This document shows positions 38,009-47,596 of a stretch of DNA of 64,000 bases, one piece after another. Source of the stretch: Phycisphaerales bacterium (GTDB taxonomy: Bacteria > Planctomycetota > Phycisphaerae > Phycisphaerales > UBA1924); the NCBI GenBank assembly GCA_051252395.1, contig JBPOFX010000001.1:557835-621834 (forward strand). Direction: 5' to 3'. The notes beneath the pieces were generated by a model that was not told where the DNA came from, did not search any database, and saw only the letters and a program-made list of their open reading frames with translations. The number at the start of each line of letters is the position of its first letter. The stretch's first letter is position 1. Made by a program: the position numbers and the translations under genes.

Positions 38009-41000
38009 TTGCTATTTGCACTCCTGCTAGTTATAGGAATCATGATGAAGAATACACCGGCTCATTTATCGACCCCTTCTATGGCCTTGGCATTGATGCT
38101 TGCTGCAGGAATGGCTTCGGCACAGTTGTCCGAGCCATTCCCAGCAGAGATGAATCTCTCATCGCTTAACGGGACGACGGGTTTCGCACTTACTGGGGTC
38201 GTCAATAACAGCTACACCGGTGTGGTGTCTTCTGCGGGCGATGTGAACGGCGATGGCATCGACGATGTGATCATTGGAAGGGCGAGTGCTTCTCCAAACG
38301 GGAACTCCGATGCAGGAGTAAGCTATGTGGTCTTTGGGAATGCAAATGCTGGATCAACAGGCTCAATCAGCGTCTCTTCACTGGATGGTTCGAATGGCTT
38401 TGTACTCAACGGGATCAGCCAATACGATAGAAGCGGTGGTGATGTTTCGTCTGCAGGTGATGTGAACGGTGACGGCTTCGACGATCTCATCATCGGAGCG
38501 AGAGGAGTTGATCCGAACGGTGAGAATCCAGGGCTAAGCAACGCCGGTGCTAGCTATGTAGTCTTCGGCGGTCCCGCAGTCGGTTCGGGCGGGGTTATCG
38601 AGCTTTCGTCGCTCAATGGCACCAACGGATTTGTAGTCAATGGGGCATATGATTATGACTTCAGCGGCACTTCAGTGTCGTCTGCTGGTGATGTGAACGG
38701 TGACGGTATCGACGATCTCCATGTTGGTGCCTCCGGTAGTGATCCTAACGGAACCTACGACGCCGGGAAGAGCTATGTAGTCTTTGGCAACGCAAGCTTG
38801 GGCTCAACAGGTTCTGTGGACCTGTCCTCGCTTAACGGTACGAATGGTTTCGTGATGAACGGGATTAGCAAATATGATCGGGTAGGGAGTGCCGTATCAT
38901 CAGCAGGAGATGTAAACGGTGATGGCATTGATGACCTCCTGGTCGGCTCAGGTGATGTTTACTATGCTGGAGCTACTCCAGGTTCGAGCTATGTGGTTTT
39001 CGGTAGTAAGTCGATTGGCTCGACTGGGGTCATCGAACTCTCCTCGCTCAACGGTGCGAACGGGTTCGCGATCAAAGGGGTCGATGATGATGATGGCAGC
39101 GGGTCTTCTGTCTCATCTGCGGGAGATGTGAATGGGGACGGGTTCAATGACCTGCTCATTGGGGCGAATCGGGCTCAACTGCCGTTTCCGCATAGCTATG
39201 GTTATGACACGGGTGTAAGTTATGTGGTCTTCGGAAGCCCAACTGTGGGTTCAACAGGAGACTTCGAACTCTCCACGCTCGACGGTACCAACGGTTTCGC
39301 ACTCGGCGGGATCGATTCTTATGATCGCGCAGGCTATTCAATATCATCTGCGGGTGATGTGAACGGCGACGGGATTGACGACCTACTCATCGGAGCGCCT
39401 CAAGCTGAACAAAGCAAAAAATATGGGTATTCAAAATCCATTGATACTGGCGAGAGTTATGTCATCTTTGGTAGCCCAAGTGTGGGTTCAAGCGGGATTT
39501 TCAAGCTCTCTGAGCTGAATGAGGCCAACGGATTCCTGCTCGTTGGGATTAACAATTACGATCGGAGCGGTAGCTCCGTGTCTTCTGCAGGCGACATGAA
39601 CGGCGACGGCATCGATGACATGATCATTGGTGCACTACAAACCCCCTACGGCTACGGAGAATCCGATCTGGGCTATGTTGTCTTCGGGCGATTGATCCCG
39701 CAGAAGTGGATACAAAGCGGCGGTGGTGATTTTGAGTCTGGTCCCAACTGGTTTACCGGTATGAGCCCTCGGTCTGGTCCCGTTACGGTCGAGCCTGAGT
39801 TTGGTGGCACCGTCACGCTGTCGCAGCCGGGGGCTTTGAATCTTGGATCGCTTGCGTTGGGATCAGAGCGTGGAGTGACGACGCTTGATATTGGTTCGTT
39901 GAGTCTGTTGAGTGTTCATGAATCGTTTGATGTATCGCCTTCTGCGGCGATCGCAGGATCGGGGATCTTTGTAGCGGATGCTGGGCTCATGAACAATGGG
40001 CTTCTTGGTGGTGATGGATTGTTCATCTTTTCAGAATCGGGTGTGGTCAACGAAGGCGAGATCGCCGCTCAGGATCTTTTCATCTTGGCAGATGTGACGA
40101 ATAACTCGTTGATCGATCTTGACGGGAACAGCACAGGCGATGATGGCCGCTCAGAGTTGGGCGTTGATGGTTTGCTCTCAAATCAAGCATCGGGCATCAT
40201 TCAGATGCGCCGAGCCGTAACTGAACTTGGTGTGTCAGCAGGTTTGGAGAATGCTGGACAGGTTTCGATTGCGTTCTCAGTTGCGGACATCGTCGGTGAT
40301 GTCACGAATCTCGGCACTCCTGACGGCATGGGTGGCTTTACACCGCTGGGCTCGATGGCGATCTCAGGAAGCTCGAGCGCGCTGCTCACCGACGATCTAA
40401 CCAACCAGAGCAGGGTGGTCCTGACAAGTGATTCGGAGCTCATTATCCTTGGTGGACTAGCAGGTAACGGCATCTCGGGTCCTGGCGGTCCGGGCACTGC
40501 GGGCATGGTCTTTATCGAAGATGGCATCAGTCCCGGCTTTAGCCCCGGTATCGCACGCTTTGACGGCGATTTGCAACTCGGGATTTTCAGCGAGATCCAG
40601 TTCGAGATCGCTGGAACGACACCTGGTGTTGGCGGCCATGATCAGATTGTTGTTGCCGGCACATTCGGCGTCAGTGGCAGCGCGAGCATTCAACTTACCG
40701 ATGGCTTCATACCGTCTGCTGGTGATATTTACCAGTTGCTTGAGTTCGGCGCGATCAATGGCGGCTTCTCATCACTGGCGATCGACGAGCAGTTGCTTGC
40801 TCTCAATGTTGACACAAGCAATCTGTTGATCGACGGCACGATCTCGATCCCCGTTGGCTGCCTCGCCGATCTGAACGGTGATGGTGTCCTGGACTTCTTT
40901 GATATTTCTGCGTTCTTAACCGCATTTGCAAATCAGGATCCGGCGTCGGACTTTAGTGGTGACGGGCTCTTTGATTTCTTTGACATCTCCGCGTTCCTCC

Positions 41001-41026
41001 AGGCGTACAGCAATGGCTGCCCATAA
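38009..41026 (+). CDS. secreted FG-GAP (integrin-alpha-like beta-propeller) repeat protein with C-terminal GC-type dockerin-like module
   Basis: 1005 aa. Signal peptide. About 9 copies of ...SSAGDVNGDG(I/F)DDL(L/I)IGA... spaced ~65 aa apart (FG-GAP calcium-binding blades). The C-terminus is GCLADLNGDGVLDFFDISAFLTAFANQDPASDFSGDGLFDFFDISAFLQAYSNGCP. Confidence 0.8.
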   Translation: MLFALLLVIGIMMKNTPAHLSTPSMALALMLAAGMASAQLSEPFPAEMNLSSLNGTTGFALTGVVNNSYTGVVSSAGDVNGDGIDDVIIGRASASPNGNSDAGVSYVVFGNANAGSTGSISVSSLDGSNGFVLNGISQYDRSGGDVSSAGDVNGDGFDDLIIGARGVDPNGENPGLSNAGASYVVFGGPAVGSGGVIELSSLNGTNGFVVNGAYDYDFSGTSVSSAGDVNGDGIDDLHVGASGSDPNGTYDAGKSYVVFGNASLGSTGSVDLSSLNGTNGFVMNGISKYDRVGSAVSSAGDVNGDGIDDLLVGSGDVYYAGATPGSSYVVFGSKSIGSTGVIELSSLNGANGFAIKGVDDDDGSGSSVSSAGDVNGDGFNDLLIGANRAQLPFPHSYGYDTGVSYVVFGSPTVGSTGDFELSTLDGTNGFALGGIDSYDRAGYSISSAGDVNGDGIDDLLIGAPQAEQSKKYGYSKSIDTGESYVIFGSPSVGSSGIFKLSELNEANGFLLVGINNYDRSGSSVSSAGDMNGDGIDDMIIGALQTPYGYGESDLGYVVFGRLIPQKWIQSGGGDFESGPNWFTGMSPRSGPVTVEPEFGGTVTLSQPGALNLGSLALGSERGVTTLDIGSLSLLSVHESFDVSPSAAIAGSGIFVADAGLMNNGLLGGDGLFIFSESGVVNEGEIAAQDLFILADVTNNSLIDLDGNSTGDDGRSELGVDGLLSNQASGIIQMRRAVTELGVSAGLENAGQVSIAFSVADIVGDVTNLGTPDGMGGFTPLGSMAISGSSSALLTDDLTNQSRVVLTSDSELIILGGLAGNGISGPGGPGTAGMVFIEDGISPGFSPGIARFDGDLQLGIFSEIQFEIAGTTPGVGGHDQIVVAGTFGVSGSASIQLTDGFIPSAGDIYQLLEFGAINGGFSSLAIDEQLLALNVDTSNLLIDGTISIPVGCLADLNGDGVLDFFDISAFLTAFANQDPASDFSGDGLFDFFDISAFLQAYSNGCP

Positions 41027-41043
41027 AGCATGCATAGAGATTT

Positions 41044-44000
41044 TCAGATATCGAGAAATTTAGCAGCGTTTTTTGTGTTCATCATATCTGGAAGATTGAT
41101 TGGACGAAACTTTTGAAGCGTCCCTTCAACATCATCCGCCAGGATAGCTCTGTTGGCACCCAGCGTAGATGCTACGGAAGTATCGATAAGTGAAGCAGAG
41201 TCCGAAGCGCTCATTTGCATTAATGCCCTGAGTCCGAACTCACGGATCGTTGTCCGCTCCATCGCACGCTCAAGGTTAGTGAGCGTGTCGCACCAAGCAA
41301 GTGCCCAGACACCTACGGCCGGTCCTTCTCTGAGGATGTGAACCAGATCTTTGTCAGGGCTCACTTTGGCTTCCTCCATCGAGAACGAGTAGTCGTCGCT
41401 CTTTCGCAAAGACCGAAGACGATGAAGCCCTGCGAGCACAAGAATGACTGGCTCACTAGCGATATCATTACGGTCCTCAACTAATTTTCGTACTTCTTCG
41501 ACAACCTGGTCCGCTTCTTTATGGGTCACAAATCGAGTGTTGATACCAGTTGCCTCAATGGCTTCGCCAATACGCCCGTGGATCGCATCATCTTCCGGCG
41601 TGGGATCAATCACGATTAAACGAGTACAAGGCGTAGAACCTGCAGTGATCGCGGCGGATACCAGCATTCCAAGCGATGGCTCCGGTTGTTGCCCCACAAT
41701 GAGTAGATTGGACCCTGACCTCTTGAGCAATGGCGCTGATGTTGGCGGAGCGATCGCAACCGCATCTCCAAGCAACACTCTCGGTACTGTCCGATTCGGA
41801 TACGCCTGTACAAAGGCCTCCACTGATACATCAAACTGAGCGGGACGGTTCCCTTCAAACACCACCGTGGATGTTCGGTTGTCATTTGTATTAGGCATCC
41901 GAACGAGACTTTCATCTCGCTCCGCATCAGAGAGCCAAGCTGTCTGGAATGGGCTGTTCCCCTCCACCAGTCCTCCGGCATTGTTGTAGATGGCTTCGCC
42001 TGGTCGCTCAAGAAGGCGTGCTGCATTGTTGTCTTCCCCCAGAATTAGATACGAATCCGCCTCTGAACACTGAAGCGCAATACGGACACCGATCTGCCCG
42101 AGCGTTGACCTTGCGAGTGAGTAGGAACCAGCGAGCGTCTGTGATCCGAGAATAACATGGACTCCAAAAGCGCGGCCTTGGCGAATAAGACGATCAAGAA
42201 GAAGGGTTGCCTCCGACGCTACATCATCGTCCTCAGTGAAGAACTCTTGGAATTCATCGATGAGCAGCAACACTCTTGGAAGCCGCTCCTCTGGAGCCAT
42301 CGACCTTGCAGAAGCAAGATTCTGTGCCCCCAACTTACGGAACAGATCACCACGGGTTGTCATTTCGTCATCGAGACGCTTCAGAACTGACAAACCAAAC
42401 TCTCTATCAGACTCGATCGCTACCGCCCGTACATGAGGGGCTTGATTTCCTGTGTACGCCTTGAACTCAACCCCCTTTTTGAAGTCAATTAGATATAGCT
42501 CGAGTTCGTCTGGGGAGTGCCATAGCATCGCCGCTGAAATAATGACATGCAGCAGGGTAGATTTACCAGATCCGGTTCTACCCGCTATCAGAGCATGTTG
42601 ACGGGTACCGAGACCCAATCGGAGTTCTTGATTCTTGTGAGCTCCAGATCGCCCGATCGGAATTACAAGCTCATCAGCGCAGGACTGTGACCAGATAGCG
42701 TCAGCATCGGGTACCAGTCGCTCGAAGGGGACTTCCACATTCCCTGCATACAACCCGGCTTGGCCAATACGCGTCAGCAGTTGAGCGGCGATTCGATCAT
42801 CCGGTTCCTCAAGCAGCGAAATGGATACCCCATCAAATCTGTCGTCGTCAAAAGCGATCTGGCTGTCGTTGATTTCAAGAACAACTGTATTTGATCGGAG
42901 TTCTTCCAGATTAAGATTCGAGGGGAGCTTGCTGCCTGCAGTTGTTGAAAGCAATGCATAGACACCACAGCGAGGACCAGACTCCAGAATACTTTTGAGT
43001 CGTGCGGCACCGATCTCCGTGAGCGCTTCGGGAAGATCGGCGATGACCACAAACCGGTATGGCTCAGAGATCTCTCCGGCGGCTATGTTGTACTCTTCAA
43101 TGGTCTCATAGTCTGCCCTCAGATACTTTTGGATAACCGTTTGCATGTGCTCGGTGATGTCTGAGAGCTGGCGCTCGATGGGCTGAGGATCCGCCCAGAT
43201 GCGCTGCCCTACTGGGGAAGGTTCTTGATCGGACAGTGTCATGAACTCCGCGAACGACTGACCAATCCCAATTGGATCTGCCAACATGAACCGTACTTTC
43301 CCGGCTGGGAATGATGCGAGTATGCGGAGTATCGAGTTTCGCATTGTTGAGAGTGCCTGCTCTCGCCCCTGAGAACCATGCCGGATTATCAATGATCGTT
43401 GCCCTGGGAGTGACCAGACAACAGGCGTATCTATGGCCATAGGCACCACAAGATCTCCACGGATACTTTCTGCGAAACGGTTGAGTGCTGGTTCTAGATC
43501 CTGATGTCCATTCGCAATTGAGATGACTCTTGGGACAGTCGTTGCATGTTCTGATTCAAGCGCTGACAACCAATCGGGATTCGAACTTTGCGCTAGTTCT
43601 TGCGTACCTTTAATGAGGCTCAGCGCAACCCTTGTCAATTCAGCTACCCGTTCACGGCCGGAAGCGAGTTCGGCTTCATATTCTTTTGACATGACATCAG
43701 AAATGTTGGCGCACTTACTCTTTGCGTCTTCGCAAAGCTGACGGTGCTTCTCGTGAGCCGTTTCAAGCTGCTTGGTGTACCAAGATTCAATCTCGGAAGT
43801 ATCATCTGAAACTCGTTTTTGAATCTCTTCTGATTGTGAAGTAAACTTTTCGTGCTCTAGCCGAACCTGCTCCCCAGCCTTTGTATCCAATGCGAGTACT
43901 GATTGCTGATACTTGCGTTCAGCATTCTGGTATTCAATCTTTCGAGCATCACTCATCTTTCCCAAGATAAGTTCGTGCTGTGTTGCGACATTGTCTTGAA

Positions 44001-44820
44001 GCGTTAGAGTGTAGGCTTTGGCGTTGATTATCTGGTTGCTGGCCTCAATCCCTAACTCCAGTGATTTGGCTCCGCCTCGGATCAGTTTGCGAATACCCCC
44101 ATCTTTGTAGTTGGAAATCGCAAGATCGATATTATGGACTAAAGTGCGCAGGCCATCAAGTGTAACATCGCCTGGGAGTGCTTGGTGAACATCGCTGCCC
44201 TGTGCCACCTTTGCCGCTCTGGCTGGACCAAGCTCAACCATCAGCTGAGTGAACTGTTCTTCGATAGTTTTTTGAAGATCGGAAAGATCTCTGGAAAAAG
44301 CGTCATGTTCATTCTGGGCTTTCTTGAATGAGGACTCGTAGATGGTATCCGCCATCCATGCGCTCTCTTCACGCACTTTCTTCGCACGTTGAACACCATT
44401 GTTGTATCCCCCACGAGTTTGATGTATCCGCTGATCATGCTCCAACTTGAGAGCTTCAAGCTTTCCGTCATACTTGTCATCCAGTTTCGTTTGGGCCTCA
44501 ACCTTTCTCTGCTCGATGGCGACAAGCTTTTCGGCTAGTTTGGTATCAGCAAGCTTAAGCTGTCGATCTCGATTTTCTTCCACTGCATTGATGGTCTCTT
44601 TGCGGAGTGTTGTTGCTGAATCGATACGGTTTGCGTATTCATCAAGACCAATCCGGAGCAATGCAAATGCATCTGCTTGCGCGTCATAGCCGGGGCGATG
44701 ATCACTCATTGCAGATACGGACACTGAGAGAATCGAATCAGGATCATTCACACGCACGCCTCGCCTCTTCACAGATTGATTGCAAACGCTCCATCGCATC
44801 GCGTGATTGCCTGGCAGCAT
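41044..44820 (-). CDS. FtsK/SpoIIIE-family P-loop ATPase (EssC/EccC-like architecture) with ~450-aa N-terminal coiled-coil region; no transmembrane segment seen
   Basis: Walker A GRTGSGKST and Walker B LLLIDEFQEF in the first ATPase domain. A second, degenerate FtsK-like domain follows (LLIVGQQPEPS...VIDPTPEDD). The true start is probably the internal MSDHRPG (44709), which removes the overlap with the upstream small ORF. Confidence 0.75.
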   Translation of the reverse strand: MLPGNHAMRWSVCNQSVKRRGVRVNDPDSILSVSVSAMSDHRPGYDAQADAFALLRIGLDEYANRIDSATTLRKETINAVEENRDRQLKLADTKLAEKLVAIEQRKVEAQTKLDDKYDGKLEALKLEHDQRIHQTRGGYNNGVQRAKKVREESAWMADTIYESSFKKAQNEHDAFSRDLSDLQKTIEEQFTQLMVELGPARAAKVAQGSDVHQALPGDVTLDGLRTLVHNIDLAISNYKDGGIRKLIRGGAKSLELGIEASNQIINAKAYTLTLQDNVATQHELILGKMSDARKIEYQNAERKYQQSVLALDTKAGEQVRLEHEKFTSQSEEIQKRVSDDTSEIESWYTKQLETAHEKHRQLCEDAKSKCANISDVMSKEYEAELASGRERVAELTRVALSLIKGTQELAQSSNPDWLSALESEHATTVPRVISIANGHQDLEPALNRFAESIRGDLVVPMAIDTPVVWSLPGQRSLIIRHGSQGREQALSTMRNSILRILASFPAGKVRFMLADPIGIGQSFAEFMTLSDQEPSPVGQRIWADPQPIERQLSDITEHMQTVIQKYLRADYETIEEYNIAAGEISEPYRFVVIADLPEALTEIGAARLKSILESGPRCGVYALLSTTAGSKLPSNLNLEELRSNTVVLEINDSQIAFDDDRFDGVSISLLEEPDDRIAAQLLTRIGQAGLYAGNVEVPFERLVPDADAIWSQSCADELVIPIGRSGAHKNQELRLGLGTRQHALIAGRTGSGKSTLLHVIISAAMLWHSPDELELYLIDFKKGVEFKAYTGNQAPHVRAVAIESDREFGLSVLKRLDDEMTTRGDLFRKLGAQNLASARSMAPEERLPRVLLLIDEFQEFFTEDDDVASEATLLLDRLIRQGRAFGVHVILGSQTLAGSYSLARSTLGQIGVRIALQCSEADSYLILGEDNNAARLLERPGEAIYNNAGGLVEGNSPFQTAWLSDAERDESLVRMPNTNDNRTSTVVFEGNRPAQFDVSVEAFVQAYPNRTVPRVLLGDAVAIAPPTSAPLLKRSGSNLLIVGQQPEPSLGMLVSAAITAGSTPCTRLIVIDPTPEDDAIHGRIGEAIEATGINTRFVTHKEADQVVEEVRKLVEDRNDIASEPVILVLAGLHRLRSLRKSDDYSFSMEEAKVSPDKDLVHILREGPAVGVWALAWCDTLTNLERAMERTTIREFGLRALMQMSASDSASLIDTSVASTLGANRAILADDVEGTLQKFRPINLPDMMNTKNAAKFLDI

Positions 44821-44956
44821 TCTCTACGGGATCGATAAACTCAGCTTCAAACCTATCGGCATTTTGATCTGACCACGATGACCGGCATCTCTGCCATGAT
44901 TGATGCAGACTCTTAACCGCATCGCTCAAAATCCCCACACCTGAAGACCTGCTCAT
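44744..44956 (-). CDS. small helical WXG100-like protein (paralog B)
   Basis: 70 aa. Central SSWSDQNADRFEAEF matches the HTWRDQEHAKFQGEF motif of the 90-aa ORF. It overlaps the start of the 188-aa ORF by 4 nt. Confidence 0.45.
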   Translation of the reverse strand: MSRSSGVGILSDAVKSLHQSWQRCRSSWSDQNADRFEAEFIDPVENAARQSRDAMERLQSICEEARRACE

Positions 44957-45519
44957 GGTTGCTGCTCCCCTGAGGTGTCATGCTTGTCATTGGATGCTGA
45001 ATCATTGCTTGGATTTGGACTCTGCGCAGACTTTGATTGCTCAGGTGAACCGGAGTCCATATACGCATCTATTGCTGTAGTAAGCGAATCAAGCCGAGCA
45101 ACTCCGCGGGTCATGCATGATTGTGCAAGCTCTGACATTGGTTGAATCGTTCCTCGATACTGATCAATCTCTTTTTCTATAGTCCGTATCCACCTGCGAG
45201 TGAGTTCCTGCTTCTCTTCTGCTTCACGCACGCGGCGTTTAGCGAACTCAAATTCCTTCCGTGCATCGACCGATGGCCTCGGCTCTTTGCTCGCGGTCTG
45301 CTGGATGAGCTTCGTGTTGGCGCGAACAGCGTCTTCGGAACGGATCCGAATCTCACGCTTCCAGTACGAGAGGCGGTCATGCTGCAGCCAGCTCAATACC
45401 TTCATCGCATCGCTGCGATCGCTGTTCAATGCGGACTGGCTCACTTCACCAAACTTAATTAATGCAGGACGAAGATCTGCGAGAGCTTTGACATCCGTTA
45501 TCCGCGCGGCGTTCCCCAT
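44953..45519 (-). CDS. hypothetical protein (188 aa) inside the FtsK/WXG-like operon
   Basis: It lies 3 nt downstream of the 90-aa ORF and is coupled to the 70-aa ORF. It is helical, with a Ser/Asn/Asp/Glu/Gln-rich acidic C-terminal tail. Confidence 0.45.
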   Translation of the reverse strand: MGNAARITDVKALADLRPALIKFGEVSQSALNSDRSDAMKVLSWLQHDRLSYWKREIRIRSEDAVRANTKLIQQTASKEPRPSVDARKEFEFAKRRVREAEEKQELTRRWIRTIEKEIDQYRGTIQPMSELAQSCMTRGVARLDSLTTAIDAYMDSGSPEQSKSAQSPNPSNDSASNDKHDTSGEQQP

Positions 45520-45521
45520 GT

Positions 45522-45794
45522 CTATCGCTGCCTTAGATATTCTTCGATACGATCGGCCTTTCGAAGCAGGAAGGGCACTTGCTCGTCGATCGATTCTTTG
45601 AACCGAGCCAACTGACGCATGGTTTGATCAAACTCGCCTTGAAACTTGGCATGCTCCTGATCTCGCCATGTATGTCCGAGGCTGGCCATCTGCCCATTGA
45701 GCTGCGTGAGCTCTTGATCCATACCATTCCCGAACCGCTTCAGCATCTGAGCGAAACGGCGGATTTCATCGGGATCTGCTACTGCTTTGGCCAT
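45522..45794 (-). CDS. small helical-hairpin WXG100-like protein (paralog A)
   Basis: 90 aa, the typical size. Central W-x-D/G...F-x-G-E-F motif (LGHTWRDQEHAKFQGEF). It is the first gene of a tight minus-strand operon ending in the FtsK-family ATPase. Confidence 0.5.
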   Translation of the reverse strand: MAKAVADPDEIRRFAQMLKRFGNGMDQELTQLNGQMASLGHTWRDQEHAKFQGEFDQTMRQLARFKESIDEQVPFLLRKADRIEEYLRQR

Positions 45795-45897
45795 ATTGAG
45801 TCTCCGATTCTAGACCATTATCTACTCTTGAAACACCAGACCACTAGATGTTCGGCTCTTTGCATTGAAAGTTCTGATCTATCAAACAAATCCGTAT

Positions 45898-46611
45898 TTA
45901 AAGTCCACGATCAAGCAGTCGATCGCGTACTGCTCTAGCGATTCCGATTGCACCTTCAGAATCGCTATGAACGCACAAGAGTTGGCAGTTGGATGTATTG
46001 ACCAAACGCTCCGCTTGTGCAGCGGCGAGTTCTGGAGCACTGATCATCGAACCAGTTTCATCTCGATGTCGTAGCGTGCCGTCCATTTCATATGCTCGAT
46101 CGCAGAAGCCTTCAGCCAGTACCGGTATCCCAGACGATCGGAACTCAACAAGAACCGGAGATCCGAATGGACCAACGAATCGAGCCAGAGGAATAACTGA
46201 TTCGCATACCGACCAGTACCAGTAACCAAGCTCAACGTCACTGGCGACAGCGTGATAGAGAGCGCCGTGGGCCTTGATCATAGAAATAGAAGCGTCGAGT
46301 TCGACTGCGATTTGAGCAAACCTACTAAGTTGCTCCCTAATGGATGATTCCAGTGTTCGGCGATCAACCTCGATGTCTCTACGTCCAAATCCATCCCGAT
46401 CTGGGTAGGATGGATGCGCCCCGATTAGGCAGCCATGCTGAGAAGCCGCTCTGATCGCCTCACGCATCGAATCTGCATCGCCTGCATGCCCTCCACATGC
46501 AATGTTCACCGCAGATACATAGGGCAGCAATGCCAACTCAATATCTCGTCCCGGACCTGCTTCAGCCTCGCCGGTGTCACATCCAAGGTACACACGTGGT
46601 TGATCAAGCAT
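45898..46611 (-). CDS. pxpA: 5-oxoprolinase subunit A (LamB/YcsF family)
   Basis: GCDTGE...NIACGGHAGD...GAHPSYPDRDGFGRR motifs of LamB/YcsF. Confidence 0.85.
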   Translation of the reverse strand: MLDQPRVYLGCDTGEAEAGPGRDIELALLPYVSAVNIACGGHAGDADSMREAIRAASQHGCLIGAHPSYPDRDGFGRRDIEVDRRTLESSIREQLSRFAQIAVELDASISMIKAHGALYHAVASDVELGYWYWSVCESVIPLARFVGPFGSPVLVEFRSSGIPVLAEGFCDRAYEMDGTLRHRDETGSMISAPELAAAQAERLVNTSNCQLLCVHSDSEGAIGIARAVRDRLLDRGL

Positions 46612-47596
46612 TCGGTGATACCCCTGAGAGTTGATGTGGGGCCTGTGGTTGAATGGATTGAATCATTGCATGTTGATCGTGGATTGCCTTCATTGCCTCT
46701 TGTCGGCTTACCCAGCGAAACTGTACTTGCTCGCGGATTTCGCATTGAGCTAGGACTGGTAGGTCCGCTTCGATCACACTTGCAATGACGGGATACCCTC
46801 CTGTGGTTGGGCCATCAACACCAAGGACGATTGGTGATCCTGATTGTGGAACTTGTATATAGCCAGGAAGAGTTCCCTCACTTGCGATGCCGCACGGAAG
46901 ACTCCCAGGGATGTTGCTCGATGACAAACGGAGACCTGCACGATTGCTCTGATCAGAGACACTGAAGGTATTTTCAACCAATGCCCCGTGTTGTGACCCC
47001 GTGAACATGTCATAGTGTGCACCCGGCACAATTCTAAGAGAGTGATTCTGCCTCCCAGTTGATTTAGGCTTTTGGATATGAAGTTTGTTGGCGGGGTCAT
47101 TACTTACGGTAATACACTCAGCAGCTATGAGAGAATCGCCCGGAATCAGTGCTCGACCGAGTCCTGCATCGGGCAACGAAACAAGAGCTGATCGGCTTCC
47201 AAGCATCATCGGGGTTTGGATTCCGCCTGCGACACAGAGATAGGCACGGGCACCATTGGTCAATCGACCTATTCGTAGCGTGCTCCCGAGAGGAACAACG
47301 GTTGGCTGCTGATGGCATAACGGATAGCGATGATCTCCACACAGAATCATGGCATCATCAGCACGTGCCCCTGTGATACACACAACAGTCTCCATCATGA
47401 ACCGAAACTCGCCTCCCGTCATCGTCATCTCAATCGCGGCATCTATATCAGCGTTGCCTAATAACCGATTGCCTACAGAGAGTGCTACGAGATCAAATGC
47501 ACCACTCCGAGGGACTCCCGCATCCTGATAGTCCACGCGACCACCATCTTGGACACTGCTCAGCATACCTGGTTTCAGGACTTCGATCGTACCCAT
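46604..47596 (-). CDS. pxpC: 5-oxoprolinase subunit C (KipA / allophanate hydrolase subunit-2-like)
   Basis: N-terminal LKPGMLSSVQDGGR...GVPRSGAFD typical of KipA/PxpC. It overlaps pxpA by 8 nt. Confidence 0.8.
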   Translation of the reverse strand: MGTIEVLKPGMLSSVQDGGRVDYQDAGVPRSGAFDLVALSVGNRLLGNADIDAAIEMTMTGGEFRFMMETVVCITGARADDAMILCGDHRYPLCHQQPTVVPLGSTLRIGRLTNGARAYLCVAGGIQTPMMLGSRSALVSLPDAGLGRALIPGDSLIAAECITVSNDPANKLHIQKPKSTGRQNHSLRIVPGAHYDMFTGSQHGALVENTFSVSDQSNRAGLRLSSSNIPGSLPCGIASEGTLPGYIQVPQSGSPIVLGVDGPTTGGYPVIASVIEADLPVLAQCEIREQVQFRWVSRQEAMKAIHDQHAMIQSIQPQAPHQLSGVSPNA

